Notes: generated by a model from the letters alone, not told the origin. Shown: positions 46,901-56,815, counted from the stretch's first letter. The stretch is DNA of 64,000 bases from Candidatus Peribacteria bacterium RIFCSPHIGHO2_02_FULL_49_16 (GCA_001788955.1 MFXT01000019.1:6331-70330), one strand, 5' to 3'. Translations and numbers: made by a program.

Positions 46901-47627
46901 GCGCTCGTCGCATCATAGAAGCAAGGACAACGAGACCGAGAAGACCCGCAACCCATGTTGACGCTCCGGTTTCCGGTTGGCGGAAGGGTTTTTGGGTTTG
47001 ATGAGTTATTGTGTTGGGGTTTATGACAATGGAAGACGGAGCTGATACCGATGGCGACGGTTCCGTTTCGAAAAGTGGGGGGTTTACAGCCTGATCAGTT
47101 TGTGAAGGTATAAAAGGATATTGCGTGGAAGAGGAAATATTTTCCCGGACCAAAACACTGCCATACATTGCGGGATCGGTGAGAGAAATATAGTCGTACT
47201 GTCCAGGAAGGACAGTATCTGTGAGCAGTACAGTGTACGATTCGTTGGGAAAGATCGCAGATGTATAGAGAAGGCCTTCGTGTGTTTCCAATGTATCGGA
47301 AGAAAGAATATGTGGTTTATCGTCATCATTGATCCACGTGATTTCTTCTCCGGAAGTGACGGTAATATCTATCGGCTGCATGCCATTTGCCGTAATATGT
47401 ATGTTTGATTGATCTGCCACGGTCTGTGCTTCTAAAGATCCCGTTTCTCTATAGAAAAAGTAGCCAAGCAACAGAACGACAATTATGCCTATAATTGCTG
47501 CGGTGCTGCGTGAACGCGGAGATGCGACGACAACGCGTGTTGGAGGATGACCTTGCCGTACAGCAATATCATCGATACTTTCCCAGTGGGGATGGATGCG
47601 AATCATGAAATGATCGAAGCGTGACAT
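46890..47627 (-). CDS. Cupredoxin-like domain surface protein with a C-terminal sorting signal (QPETG, TM helix, RRAR)
   Basis: N-terminal TM helix. The segment ITANGMQPIDITVTSGEEITWINDDDKPHIL resembles cupredoxin-fold proteins. The C-terminus is QPETGASTWVAGLLGLVVLASMMRRARVL. Confidence 0.6.
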   Translation of the reverse strand: MSRFDHFMIRIHPHWESIDDIAVRQGHPPTRVVVASPRSRSTAAIIGIIVVLLLGYFFYRETGSLEAQTVADQSNIHITANGMQPIDITVTSGEEITWINDDDKPHILSSDTLETHEGLLYTSAIFPNESYTVLLTDTVLPGQYDYISLTDPAMYGSVLVRENISSSTQYPFIPSQTDQAVNPPLFETEPSPSVSAPSSIVINPNTITHQTQKPFRQPETGASTWVAGLLGLVVLASMMRRARVL

Positions 47628-48775
47628 TGACGCCGGAAAGCAAAAGCCATACCGGTGATAGCAGAGGCAGTGATCAAGAGAAGGACTCCGGATGGTAATC
47701 CCGTGTCTCCGGAAATGCCGGGCGTTTTTCGAACCACTTGCGCGGTCTCCCCTTGCGGGAGTTGTCCTGTAAGCGGTGATGTTGCACTTGCGGGACTTCC
47801 CACCTGCACGGCGACTTCCTGACTATACGCGGTTTCTTCTACGGTGTTTTTCGCGCCGCGAATGGCAAAGTAATAGAGTTCTCCTGTCGGAAGACCGCGA
47901 ATCGTTGTGCTCGTGCTCGCTGTATCATTACTGCGTTTTTGTGTGTACTGTCCCGATACTGTCCCATAATACAGGTTGTATCCGATAAGCTCTGCGGCAG
48001 GAAGCGGATCCCATGCAAGAAAAACAGCAGATCCTTCCGTTGTCACCCGAAGGTTTTGAACCTGTAATGAAGAAAACACGCTCTCCAAAGGTTCTTTGGG
48101 AACGGATGTCTTTTCCATAATAACATCTTCCTGTTTTTCCATTGGTTGTGTAATGGAAGGATCCTCTCCTGTTACATGCACGAAAAGATGTCCCGGGTCG
48201 GTATCAAGAATAGTATTCTCTGTTTCCGCCATACCGCTAAAAATGCCAGTATGGCTTTGCGCGCCATGTTGCGAATCAAAAAATGTAAGAAGCGTATTTT
48301 TTGCGGAAGTACCTTTCACGCGAAACTGCATGCGTGCGACGATGACAGTATTCTTCCGAAGTTCCTGATCGGCACTCGCGCCGATTTTGATATACCCTTC
48401 TTCTGAAAAGAAGTTGTTCTCTCCGGGGGTCGGAAGAGAAAACTCCGGCGAAAGATCGATACGAATTCCTTCGAGAACCTCTGGATTATAAGCAATCCAC
48501 GCACGGACACGCTGAAACGATGTTCCTGCAGGATTTTTGATAACGAGGTCGATGTCGAGAATATCTCCCATGGAGAGGGTGTCTGTTTCCCGGGTTTGAG
48601 GATCACGTATGGCAAAATCCGGACAGAGTTCTTCCCCTTCTTCACAATGTGGACGCAACAGTAAAAAAGGTGCTGTTTCTTGTGAAAATGCCGGCGTCGG
48701 AAAACACATCACTGAAATACAGAGAAGAAGCGCATTCTTTTGAATGAGTGCGAAGTTACTGCGCGGCCAGGTCAT
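47603..48775 (-). CDS. Cohesin-like plus fibronectin-III surface protein with a C-terminal anchor signal
   Basis: Signal peptide present. The cohesin-like block is GDILDIDLVIKNPAGTSFQRVRAWIAYNPEVLEGIRID...IVARMQFRVKG. The FN3 block is AVFLAWDP...GYNLYYG...YYFAIRG. The C-terminus is GDTG...VLLLITASAITGMAFAFRRQ. The start is uncertain (48775, 48793 or 48865). Confidence 0.65.
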   Translation of the reverse strand: MTWPRSNFALIQKNALLLCISVMCFPTPAFSQETAPFLLLRPHCEEGEELCPDFAIRDPQTRETDTLSMGDILDIDLVIKNPAGTSFQRVRAWIAYNPEVLEGIRIDLSPEFSLPTPGENNFFSEEGYIKIGASADQELRKNTVIVARMQFRVKGTSAKNTLLTFFDSQHGAQSHTGIFSGMAETENTILDTDPGHLFVHVTGEDPSITQPMEKQEDVIMEKTSVPKEPLESVFSSLQVQNLRVTTEGSAVFLAWDPLPAAELIGYNLYYGTVSGQYTQKRSNDTASTSTTIRGLPTGELYYFAIRGAKNTVEETAYSQEVAVQVGSPASATSPLTGQLPQGETAQVVRKTPGISGDTGLPSGVLLLITASAITGMAFAFRRQCHASIIS

Positions 48776-49079
48776 GGAGAAGGAGCAGTGCATCGTCAAG
48801 TGTAAATCGGCCGTCACGCGTCGGATCCGCCTGTAATTGCTGCTCCGTCGGTTTCTTATACCCACTCACAAAATGCAATATTTCGATGACATCGAATTCA
48901 TCGAACATGCCATCGAGATTCACATCACCTGTTCGTTCGACAGTATTCGCCTGAAGAGGAGTAACAGTTTGAACATCACCTGCGCTGTGAATGCCAACGG
49001 CAAACGAAGCAACGACACAGAGCATGCCGAGCGAAAAGATTTTTGTCGTGCGTTTCAGTGATGAAGTCTGTTTGTTCAT
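48756..49079 (-). CDS. Small secreted dockerin-domain protein
   Basis: 107 aa: a signal peptide followed by two dockerin-type calcium-loop repeats (GDVNLDGMFDEFDVIEIL and ADPTRDGRFTLDDALLLL). Confidence 0.65.
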   Translation of the reverse strand: MNKQTSSLKRTTKIFSLGMLCVVASFAVGIHSAGDVQTVTPLQANTVERTGDVNLDGMFDEFDVIEILHFVSGYKKPTEQQLQADPTRDGRFTLDDALLLLHDLAAQ

Positions 49080-49209
49080 TTCCTAATAGTATACATCAAA
49101 TTAGTGTTAATGAACAATGCGATGATTGTTGCTAATTAAGAAATATATTTTATAAATAATGATGGACAATGAATTATCAATGAGCAAGAGAAACGGTATC
49201 ATATGCAGT

Positions 49210-50208
49210 ATGAAGAATGTCATTCTGTTTACTGGAGAAAATACCTATCTTCTTGCGGAAAATCTTCACTTCTGGAAAACAGAATTTATACGGAAGTATG
49301 GTGAAGAGAATTGCATGATGGTAAAGAGTGCGGATGTGACTCTGGCAGATTTGCGAAATTATACATCAACGCTCCCTTTCCTTGGAGAAAAACGACTTCT
49401 GATCATCCTCGGTATCCCACTCCTCTCCAGAGAAGAAATGCACACTCTTCTTCATACTCTTCATGAAAATATGATTCTTGTTTTCATGGCATCAACATAC
49501 GATAAGCGACTGGGTGCAGTACAGGAACTTTTAAAAGAAGCGACGGTGAAACACTATGCGCCGCTGAATGCATCGAAACTTTGGACATGGGCGCAAGAGT
49601 TTCTTCGTAAACGCAACCGCACAATTCGACCGACTGCCTGGAATACCCTGCTTCTCTTTATAGGACATGACCAGGGACATATTGCTTCTGAACTTGAAAA
49701 GTGTGCGCTTTTCACATCCGATTTCATTGAAAAAGAACATGTCGTCGCGCTTGCCGTTCCTGTTACCGATGAAAAACGCATATGGGATCTCATTAAACTT
49801 TTGCAACAAAGAAACTTTCTGCAATGCATACAACACGTGGAACATCTTCTTTTTAAAGGAATACATGTTGATCATGTATGGAGCAGTCTTCTCTGGATTC
49901 TCTGCAGTCTTGTCACTGTAACATTTGAAAAAGATCGTCCGTACATTTCCGGTAATATACGTCGGGATACCGAGCATGCTCTACGAATGCTGTGTACGCA
50001 TACCGCTGCCGATCTTCCCGGGATCGTCGCATTCGCACTCGCGATGGATCGGTCCATTAAAAATGGAGAAATCAGGACAGAAAATACAAAAACGATAGAA
50101 CATGAATGTTGTATTCTTCTTCTCCTTCACATGCTTTGTGGAGAATCTCTTACATCACCTTCTCTACAACATACTTCACCTTCCCGCCCGGTGTGTTTAC
50201 GTCGATGA
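49210..50208 (+). CDS. holA: DNA polymerase III delta subunit (probable)
   Basis: The length and the N-terminal pattern ILFTGENTYLL..., together with overall HolA-like helical composition, support the call. It rests on weak motif evidence only. Confidence 0.6.
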   Translation: MKNVILFTGENTYLLAENLHFWKTEFIRKYGEENCMMVKSADVTLADLRNYTSTLPFLGEKRLLIILGIPLLSREEMHTLLHTLHENMILVFMASTYDKRLGAVQELLKEATVKHYAPLNASKLWTWAQEFLRKRNRTIRPTAWNTLLLFIGHDQGHIASELEKCALFTSDFIEKEHVVALAVPVTDEKRIWDLIKLLQQRNFLQCIQHVEHLLFKGIHVDHVWSSLLWILCSLVTVTFEKDRPYISGNIRRDTEHALRMLCTHTAADLPGIVAFALAMDRSIKNGEIRTENTKTIEHECCILLLLHMLCGESLTSPSLQHTSPSRPVCLRR

Positions 50209-50665
50209 CCGCCCCTTCATTCTTTGTTAAGAGCGCCTTGCCGATAGGAGATTCATTACTCACTTTTTGTTGAAACGGATCGGCTTCCGTTGCACCGACG
50301 ATGGTGAAGGACAGATTATCCTTGTCGCCGCCGAGCATACGGACAGTCACCGTAGAGCCCACATTGATTTCCATCTGATGTGTAGCGGATTTTTCCGTGA
50401 TGATTTTTGCATTTTTGATTTTATGTTCCAGTTCCAAGATTCTTCCCTCGACAAAAGCCTGTTCGTTCTTCGCTTCTTCATATTCTGCATTCTCCGAAAG
50501 GTCTCCATAGGAAATTGCTTCTTTTAAACGCTGTGCGACTTCTTTTCTGCGAATGTTTTTCAAATCTTCCAGCTCTTCTTTAAGATTCTTTAAACCCTCG
50601 CGAGTGACGAGTGTCTGATCGCCAAAGGAACCGGAACCGTCATCCTGATCGTCAAAATCCATCAT
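50150..50665 (-). CDS. greA: Transcription elongation factor GreA
   Basis: Motifs LTREGLKNLKEEL, YGDLSENAEYEEAK and the C-terminal FKBP-like domain. The ORF extends to 50752; the start is placed at ATG 50665 to avoid overlapping carB, but this remains uncertain. Confidence 0.88.
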   Translation of the reverse strand: MMDFDDQDDGSGSFGDQTLVTREGLKNLKEELEDLKNIRRKEVAQRLKEAISYGDLSENAEYEEAKNEQAFVEGRILELEHKIKNAKIITEKSATHQMEINVGSTVTVRMLGGDKDNLSFTIVGATEADPFQQKVSNESPIGKALLTKNEGAVIDVNTPGGKVKYVVEKVM

Positions 50666-50724
50666 AATAGTGGGAATGGTGCCTTTGGGAACAGGAAAAG
50701 TCAAATCTATGGTCTCGATATATT

Positions 50725-53700
50725 TCACTTCATCTCCAGAAGCTGCGGCCATGCCAAAAGAGGCAATTCTTCAATATTTTCCTGTAAAATGGCTGTAATG
50801 ATTCCTTTCGCCAGTTGGACATTGGTAAGAAGCGGAATGCTCTGATCGATGGCAATTCTGCGCATGAAATAGCCGTCACTGCGATCCGGATCTTCTTGGA
50901 GAGAGGGGATATTGATCACGAGGTCGATGCGGCGTTTTTCCAAATAATCTTGAATATTCGGTTCGCGAGGTTCGGACAACTTATGCAGAAGAATACTCGG
51001 GATTGAGCGTGCTTCGAGGAATTGATGTGTATTTCGTGTTGCGAAGAGCGCATATCCCGCATGATGGAGTTTTTCTATTGAAGCTAACATATCGATTTTG
51101 TCTTCCAATTTTCCGATGGTGACGAGAATATTCTTCCGTGGTGCGCGAAATCCCACTGATGTCAGTGCAATAAGGAGAGCCTGTTCCACTGTTCGTCCAA
51201 AACAACCCACTTCGCCGGTGCTTGTCATTTCCACGCCAAGACGCGGATCAGCTCCTTTCAGTCGATTAAAACTGAACTGCGCCGCCTTCACTCCGACGTG
51301 CTCAAGATCAATCGTCCGATAATGTTCATTCGTAGATGCTTTTAAAAGGAGCGCCTGTGTTGCAAGTTTTGCAAAATTATACCCCGTTACTTTACTGACA
51401 AAAGGGAAGGTTCTGCTTGCGCGCAGATTGCATTCAATGACTTTAATATGGTTTTCCTTTGCGAGAAACTGAATATTAAACGGTCCGGAGATGGAGAGTG
51501 CATCAACGATGCTTCGTGCGATGTTTTTTAAGCGACGCAATGTTTCCACCGTCACGCTTTGCGGTGGAAAGACGATGGTTGCATCACCGGAATGAACGCC
51601 GGCATGTTCAATATGTTCCGACACGGCGGAAATAATCAGTTTTCCTTTTTGTGCAACACCATCAAATTCAATTTCTTTTGCGCCTTGTTCAAATTTGGAA
51701 ATAACGACTGGCATATCACGACTTACGGTTGTTGCTTCCTGAATGTAAGCATCGAGATCGCCGCTCGAATGTACAACAGCCATGGATGCTCCCGAGAGAA
51801 CATAACTCGGACGTACGATGACGGGATAGCCAACCTCCTCCGCAAAATCGATTGCCGATTGGCTGTCGATAAATTGTTGCCAACGCGGCTGATCGATGGA
51901 AAGCGTGTCGAGAAGAGCGCTGAACTTCTGTCGATCTTCGGCGCGATCAATATCGTCAGATGCTGTACCGAAAATACGGATGCCGCTTTGAGATAGAGCC
52001 AGTGCGAGGGAATTGGGAATTTGTCCTCCCATGGAGATCACGACCCCTTTGGGAGAAATGACATCTGCGATGTCCCGCACGCGTTCTTCGGTCAGTTCTT
52101 CAAAAAAGAGATAGGAACATTCATCATAATCGGTGCTCACGGTTTCGGGGTTGCTGTTGATCATGAAAACGTCATAGCCTTGGCTCTCCAATTCATGAGC
52201 CGCCTGCACGCAACACCAGTCAAATTCCACTGAAGATCCGATGGAATACGGGCCGCCACCAAGGACGATGACTCGAGAACGGAGCATTTCTTGCTTAAAA
52301 TGCATGTCATCCTCTTCTCCCAAATACGTCATATACAAATAGTTCGTCTGCGCCGGAAATTCTCCACCGAGAGTGTCGATCTGCTTGATGCGAGGAACAA
52401 TGCCATGTATTTTTCGTTTTTTTCGAATAGATTCCATATCACAGGCGACTGCTTTTGCAATGGCCGCATCAGAAAAACCGGCGATTTTCAGTGCGCAGAG
52501 AAGTGGCTTGGGGATTTCCTGATGAACATGATGTCGAAGGTCTTGCCAGAGAAGCGAGCAGTATTGTATGCGTTCAATGAACCACGGATCAATCCCTGTA
52601 AGTTTATTGATTTCTTCCGTTTTTCTATTCTGTACACACGCTTCGGCAAGGGCGAATATTCGGCGCGGGGTTGGTTTTTCCATTTCTGCAGTAACATCGT
52701 GAAAACGAAAAGGATGAGCAAAGAGTCCCTCGGCGCCGATATTGAGCATGCGAATTCCTTTTTGGATCGCCTCTTCGAATGTGCGTCCAAGAGCCATCAC
52801 TTCACCGACGGATTTCATTTCACTCGTAACGTGCTCTGACACATGGCGAAATTTTTGCAAATCCCAACGGGGGATTTTGACAGCAACATAGTCGAGTGAC
52901 GGTTCAAAATCAGCAGACGTCTTTTTTGTGATAGCATTACGCAACTCCGGTAATGTTCGTCCAAGGGCGAGTTTTGCTGCGATGAAAGCAAGAGGGTATC
53001 CTGTTGCTTTTGATGCAAGCGCAGAACTGCGGCTTAAACGTGCGTTGACTTCGATCACACGATATTCCCGTGAATGCGGATTAAGAGCATATTGAATATT
53101 GCATTCTCCAATGATCCCGAGATGGCGAATGACCTTGAGACCGATGGAACGCAACATGTGGTATTCCGTATTATCAATCGTTTGACTGGGAGCGACGACA
53201 ATCGATTCGCCTGTATGAATACCCAGCGGATCAACATTTTCCATATTACACACCGTAATACAGTTATCTGTACTGTCGCGCACCACTTCGTATTCAATTT
53301 CTTTCCATCCGGTAAGGTCTTCTTCCACCAGAACATTTGGAGATTCTACGAATGCTCTTGTAAGAAGTTCACGTAATTCTTCTTTATTCTGTGCACGGCC
53401 GCTTCCTTTTCCACCAAGGGCAAATGAGCCTCGAACAATCACGGGATAACCAAGTTGCTCTGCGGCATAGAGTGCTTCTTCCATTTCGGAGCAAGCATGC
53501 GAATGCGGCACATGAATGTTGATAGATTTCAATTCCTGATTGAAGAGTGCGCGGTCTTCGGTTTTTCGTATGGATTCCACCGGCGTACCAAGTACGCGCA
53601 CGTGGTGACTCTCCAATGTTCCGTCTTCAAAAAGCTGTATACCGCAATTCAGCGCCGTCTGCCCGCCGAAACTTAAAGCGATCGCATCAGGCTTCTCCTG

Positions 53701-54021
53701 CTCGATGATGCGTCGGACAAAGTGGGGATTCACCGGCACAAAGTAGACGCGATCCGCCAAACCGACGCTCGTCTGGTTTGTTGCAATATTAGGATTGACC
53801 AGCACCACATGTTTTCCTTCTTCTTTAAAAGCTTTGATTGCCTGACTTCCCGAGTAATCAAATTCACCGGCCTCGCCGATCTTCAAAGCTCCCGATCCCA
53901 GAAGCAAAATTGTCCGTACACGTGAAAAAGCTTCCACCTTGCTTTTTGAGAATGAAAGTGGTGGGATAGGAGAGCACATGTCCAAACGAGCATAGGGAAC
54001 TAAGGAAACCAAGGCAACCAC
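50725..54021 (-). CDS. carB: Carbamoyl-phosphate synthase large subunit
   Basis: 1098 aa with duplicated ATP-grasp halves (LGSGALKIGEAGEFDYSG and LGGGPYSIGSSVEFDWC) and an MGS-like C-terminus. The start codon is uncertain (GTG 54021, TTG 54012 or ATG 53979). Confidence 0.97.
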   Translation of the reverse strand: MVALVSLVPYARLDMCSPIPPLSFSKSKVEAFSRVRTILLLGSGALKIGEAGEFDYSGSQAIKAFKEEGKHVVLVNPNIATNQTSVGLADRVYFVPVNPHFVRRIIEQEKPDAIALSFGGQTALNCGIQLFEDGTLESHHVRVLGTPVESIRKTEDRALFNQELKSINIHVPHSHACSEMEEALYAAEQLGYPVIVRGSFALGGKGSGRAQNKEELRELLTRAFVESPNVLVEEDLTGWKEIEYEVVRDSTDNCITVCNMENVDPLGIHTGESIVVAPSQTIDNTEYHMLRSIGLKVIRHLGIIGECNIQYALNPHSREYRVIEVNARLSRSSALASKATGYPLAFIAAKLALGRTLPELRNAITKKTSADFEPSLDYVAVKIPRWDLQKFRHVSEHVTSEMKSVGEVMALGRTFEEAIQKGIRMLNIGAEGLFAHPFRFHDVTAEMEKPTPRRIFALAEACVQNRKTEEINKLTGIDPWFIERIQYCSLLWQDLRHHVHQEIPKPLLCALKIAGFSDAAIAKAVACDMESIRKKRKIHGIVPRIKQIDTLGGEFPAQTNYLYMTYLGEEDDMHFKQEMLRSRVIVLGGGPYSIGSSVEFDWCCVQAAHELESQGYDVFMINSNPETVSTDYDECSYLFFEELTEERVRDIADVISPKGVVISMGGQIPNSLALALSQSGIRIFGTASDDIDRAEDRQKFSALLDTLSIDQPRWQQFIDSQSAIDFAEEVGYPVIVRPSYVLSGASMAVVHSSGDLDAYIQEATTVSRDMPVVISKFEQGAKEIEFDGVAQKGKLIISAVSEHIEHAGVHSGDATIVFPPQSVTVETLRRLKNIARSIVDALSISGPFNIQFLAKENHIKVIECNLRASRTFPFVSKVTGYNFAKLATQALLLKASTNEHYRTIDLEHVGVKAAQFSFNRLKGADPRLGVEMTSTGEVGCFGRTVEQALLIALTSVGFRAPRKNILVTIGKLEDKIDMLASIEKLHHAGYALFATRNTHQFLEARSIPSILLHKLSEPREPNIQDYLEKRRIDLVINIPSLQEDPDRSDGYFMRRIAIDQSIPLLTNVQLAKGIITAILQENIEELPLLAWPQLLEMK

Positions 54022-54026
54022 TCCTC

Positions 54027-55019
54027 CTAATGGTGCCTGTGTTTCTGTTTCAAATGTGCGATATGCTGTTTCTGTGTTTCATGCATCTTTCCTTTAACAT
54101 TCAACACATACGAACCGAGGATAATCAATCCTCCACCGACAATTTGTTGCCAGTGAATGTTTTCGCCAAGATAGAGGTGTGCAAAGCTGATTGAGCCGAC
54201 GGTTGTCAGCGGAAGAAGAAGATGGACATTGGAAAGTGGCAGACGTTCCACAGCTTCATAAAAAGACAGAACACCGAGAAATCGCGCAAGGAATGCGTAT
54301 GCTAGAAGCGGGAGAAGAAGAGCTCCGGTTAACATTTTCGTTTCTGCGACAAACGTCACCTGCTCGAAAGGAGAAAGGAAAAAGAAGAGAGAAAACGCCG
54401 TCAAAGATCGAACAAAAAGAACAGCCTCCGGCGGAATGCCATTCAGATAGCGTTTCAGAAGAATACTCGATACAGAGAGAAAAACGGCTGCGCCCATAAT
54501 GAAAAAGTCACCCGTATTGATATGGAATCCGCCATTCAGGTTTCGCAGGAATACGACGAGTACGCCAAGAAGAATAAGAAATGCCGCAAGCGCATGCGTG
54601 CGGCTGAATGTTTCTTTTAGACAGATCGTTGAAAAGAACAGGATGAGAATAAGTTCTATGCGGATGAGCACTTCGGCATTTGCGGCGCCGCTGCCGGAAA
54701 GACCCAAAATCCATAAAGCGATGCCGACGGCCACAAACATACCCATCAGAATCAACAGAAGAATTTGTCGCGTATGCAATGCGAGAACTTTTCGCATGAG
54801 CGGCACAAAGCCAAACGAGAGGATTAGAAAAAAGAGAATGGAGAATTCGCCGATGAAGAGTAGAGAGAATGGCGAGAAGACAGTCGACAGTTGTCGCGCA
54901 AGTGATGGATAGACCGATCCGCCGACAATATTGAGAAGAAGAAATCCATACCCGATCGCTTTTTCTGTCAGTGTGAGCTGACGTGCGAACGGCCATATGT
55001 TTTTCCACGGTGCCTGCAT
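54027..55019 (-). CDS. EamA/DMT-family transporter
   Basis: About 10 TM helices in two similar halves. The start is set at ATG 55019. Confidence 0.75.
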   Translation of the reverse strand: MQAPWKNIWPFARQLTLTEKAIGYGFLLLNIVGGSVYPSLARQLSTVFSPFSLLFIGEFSILFFLILSFGFVPLMRKVLALHTRQILLLILMGMFVAVGIALWILGLSGSGAANAEVLIRIELILILFFSTICLKETFSRTHALAAFLILLGVLVVFLRNLNGGFHINTGDFFIMGAAVFLSVSSILLKRYLNGIPPEAVLFVRSLTAFSLFFFLSPFEQVTFVAETKMLTGALLLPLLAYAFLARFLGVLSFYEAVERLPLSNVHLLLPLTTVGSISFAHLYLGENIHWQQIVGGGLIILGSYVLNVKGKMHETQKQHIAHLKQKHRHH

Positions 55020-55108
55020 ATAGTGTTTATCTACATTTTCATTATACAATATAATAAAGAATATGAGCAACTCTATTTCTCTTTGTAGAGAATATATGCT
55101 ATAATCAT

Positions 55109-56098
55109 ATGATTTTTGAAGATACGTATCACCAACGCGCATCGTATGATTCTGAAGGAAATATCATTATTCCCGGTGGCCTGACATCTTCAAAAACGAG
55201 TTCTACAGTGAAGCTTCTCACATTCTTTCAGGAAGAAATTCTTTTTGTACGACATGATGTTTGTACGACAGGCAGAAAGATATTGCGTTTTTTGCAACAG
55301 CCCGTCATTGCTCCGAATTTCCGATCCAAACCAAAAGAGTATTCGCGGTGGCAACTCTTTCTTTTTGACGTCGGCCGTTTTGGCGGGACATTTGCGCTTC
55401 TTTTTTCCGTACTCTTTCTCACGCTCAACTATCAAAGCTTTTTCCAGCTTACAAAAGCTTATGTGAACCCCGTACAGGCGATGCAGAGCAGTGAAGCATT
55501 TTCTCATGCAAAAGACGCGACATCGAACGTCGGTCTCCTCGCGGTTTTGCCTCTCGTTGGTCCGCCGGATCATCGCCTGATTATTCCCAAGCTAGATTTG
55601 AATGTCCCGATCAGCATTCCGGCACACGATGCTCTGCTTGCGGAAGATTGGAAGAAACTCGAAAACGATATTCAAGATGCGCTTGAAAACGGCGTTGTAC
55701 ATTATCCGGGCACCGCGCGTCCGGGACAGGCGGGGAATTTTTTTCTCACCGGACACAGTTCTTATTATCCGTGGGCGGCGGGAAATTTTAAATCCGTTTT
55801 TGCAAAGCTGGGTTTGCTGGACGTAGGTGATGAATATTGGGTGTACTACAACGGCGATCGATATCGCTATCGTATCAAAGAGAAAAAAGAGGTACGGCCG
55901 AGCAATGTCGGCGTTCTTGATCAGCCGCTCGATAAGCGTCTCTCGACTCTCATGACCTGCACGCCCGTTGGCACAACACTCCGCCGGCTCATTCTCGTTG
56001 CCGAGGAACTTGATCCGAAAAGCGGTACGTCGATGCGCGTCGGCGAAAAGACGGAACGGAATATTCCCAAAATTCGTCCGCAGGAGCTGTCGATATAG
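55109..56098 (+). CDS. Sortase-family transpeptidase
   Basis: N-terminal TM anchor, catalytic His block FFLTGHSSY, the TLxTC-type motif LSTLMTCTP, and a downstream Arg (TLRRLILV). Confidence 0.85.
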   Translation: MIFEDTYHQRASYDSEGNIIIPGGLTSSKTSSTVKLLTFFQEEILFVRHDVCTTGRKILRFLQQPVIAPNFRSKPKEYSRWQLFLFDVGRFGGTFALLFSVLFLTLNYQSFFQLTKAYVNPVQAMQSSEAFSHAKDATSNVGLLAVLPLVGPPDHRLIIPKLDLNVPISIPAHDALLAEDWKKLENDIQDALENGVVHYPGTARPGQAGNFFLTGHSSYYPWAAGNFKSVFAKLGLLDVGDEYWVYYNGDRYRYRIKEKKEVRPSNVGVLDQPLDKRLSTLMTCTPVGTTLRRLILVAEELDPKSGTSMRVGEKTERNIPKIRPQELSI

Positions 56099-56104
56099 AA
56101 AAAA

Positions 56105-56130
56105 TCCCGACAGCGTCATTGCTGTCGGGA
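56105..56130 (-). terminator. Rho-independent terminator downstream of cdd
   Basis: Hairpin TCCCGACAGC-GTCATT-GCTGTCGGGA. On the minus strand it is followed by TTTTTTCTAT. Confidence 0.7.
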
Positions 56131-56144
56131 AAAAACAGGTCGTC

Positions 56145-56684
56145 CTATCCATTCAGATCCATCCCGAAGTCCTTGCCCGAGAATCCCCACGGAAGAATGG
56201 ATTCCACGCCGTTGAAGCGGAGAATCTTCTCATCGTTGTAGGCATCGAAGAGCAGAATCATCGGCGATCCGTGGAGGTCTTCCGCTTCCTTGATCACTTG
56301 TCGGCAGGCGCCGCAGGACAGCGAAGGCTCCGCGCAGTAGTCATTTTCGGCAATCGGATTGCCATCAACATCGAAAGCCTTTCGGGCGGTGCATGCGAGT
56401 TTCACGATGTCTTTCTTCCTTCCCAAGTTATTCGCCGAGAAGATCGTTGTCCGCTCGGCACAAACCGTAAGGCCGTACGAGGCATTTTCCTGATTGGCAC
56501 CCGTAATGACAGTGCGGTCGACGAGCTTTACAGCCGCGCCGACACGGAACCGGCTGTAGGGCGAATGCGATTGATGCGTCGCTTTACGCGCCGCGAGCAC
56601 AAGTTTGCGTTCATCGTACGGCAACCTCTTGAGAGGAACCACTGCATACCATACGATGAGCTTCCGCAAGTACTCCTCTTTCAT
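56145..56684 (-). CDS. cdd: Cytidine deaminase
   Basis: Motifs SPYSRFRVGAAV, the zinc site CAERTTIF and CGACRQV. Confidence 0.9.
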   Translation of the reverse strand: MKEEYLRKLIVWYAVVPLKRLPYDERKLVLAARKATHQSHSPYSRFRVGAAVKLVDRTVITGANQENASYGLTVCAERTTIFSANNLGRKKDIVKLACTARKAFDVDGNPIAENDYCAEPSLSCGACRQVIKEAEDLHGSPMILLFDAYNDEKILRFNGVESILPWGFSGKDFGMDLNG

Positions 56685-56815
56685 GACGTATCTCCCTTTG
56701 AAAGACCGGAATCCTGAAAAAATCCTGCTTACAATAAACAGGATAAAGATTTATACAGAACGATGAATGCGTTTGCAATGGCATTACGGTATAATGCGTT
56801 TGCCGGTCTTTCTTT

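Noticed and set aside
46893-46985. A PEP-CTERM/exosortase signal as the explanation for the QPETG, TM helix and RRAR C-terminus.
   Set aside because: The motif reads PETG rather than PEP, and a sortase (not an exosortase) is encoded nearby. The possibility is noted as an alternative in the finding but is not favoured.
55097-55105. An extended -10 element (TGCTATAAT) as the sortase promoter, with a leaderless mRNA.
   Set aside because: The hexamer ends only 3 nt before the ATG at 55109, so the expected transcription start would fall at or after the start codon. Either the promoter or the start codon assignment must differ, and I cannot decide which from sequence alone.
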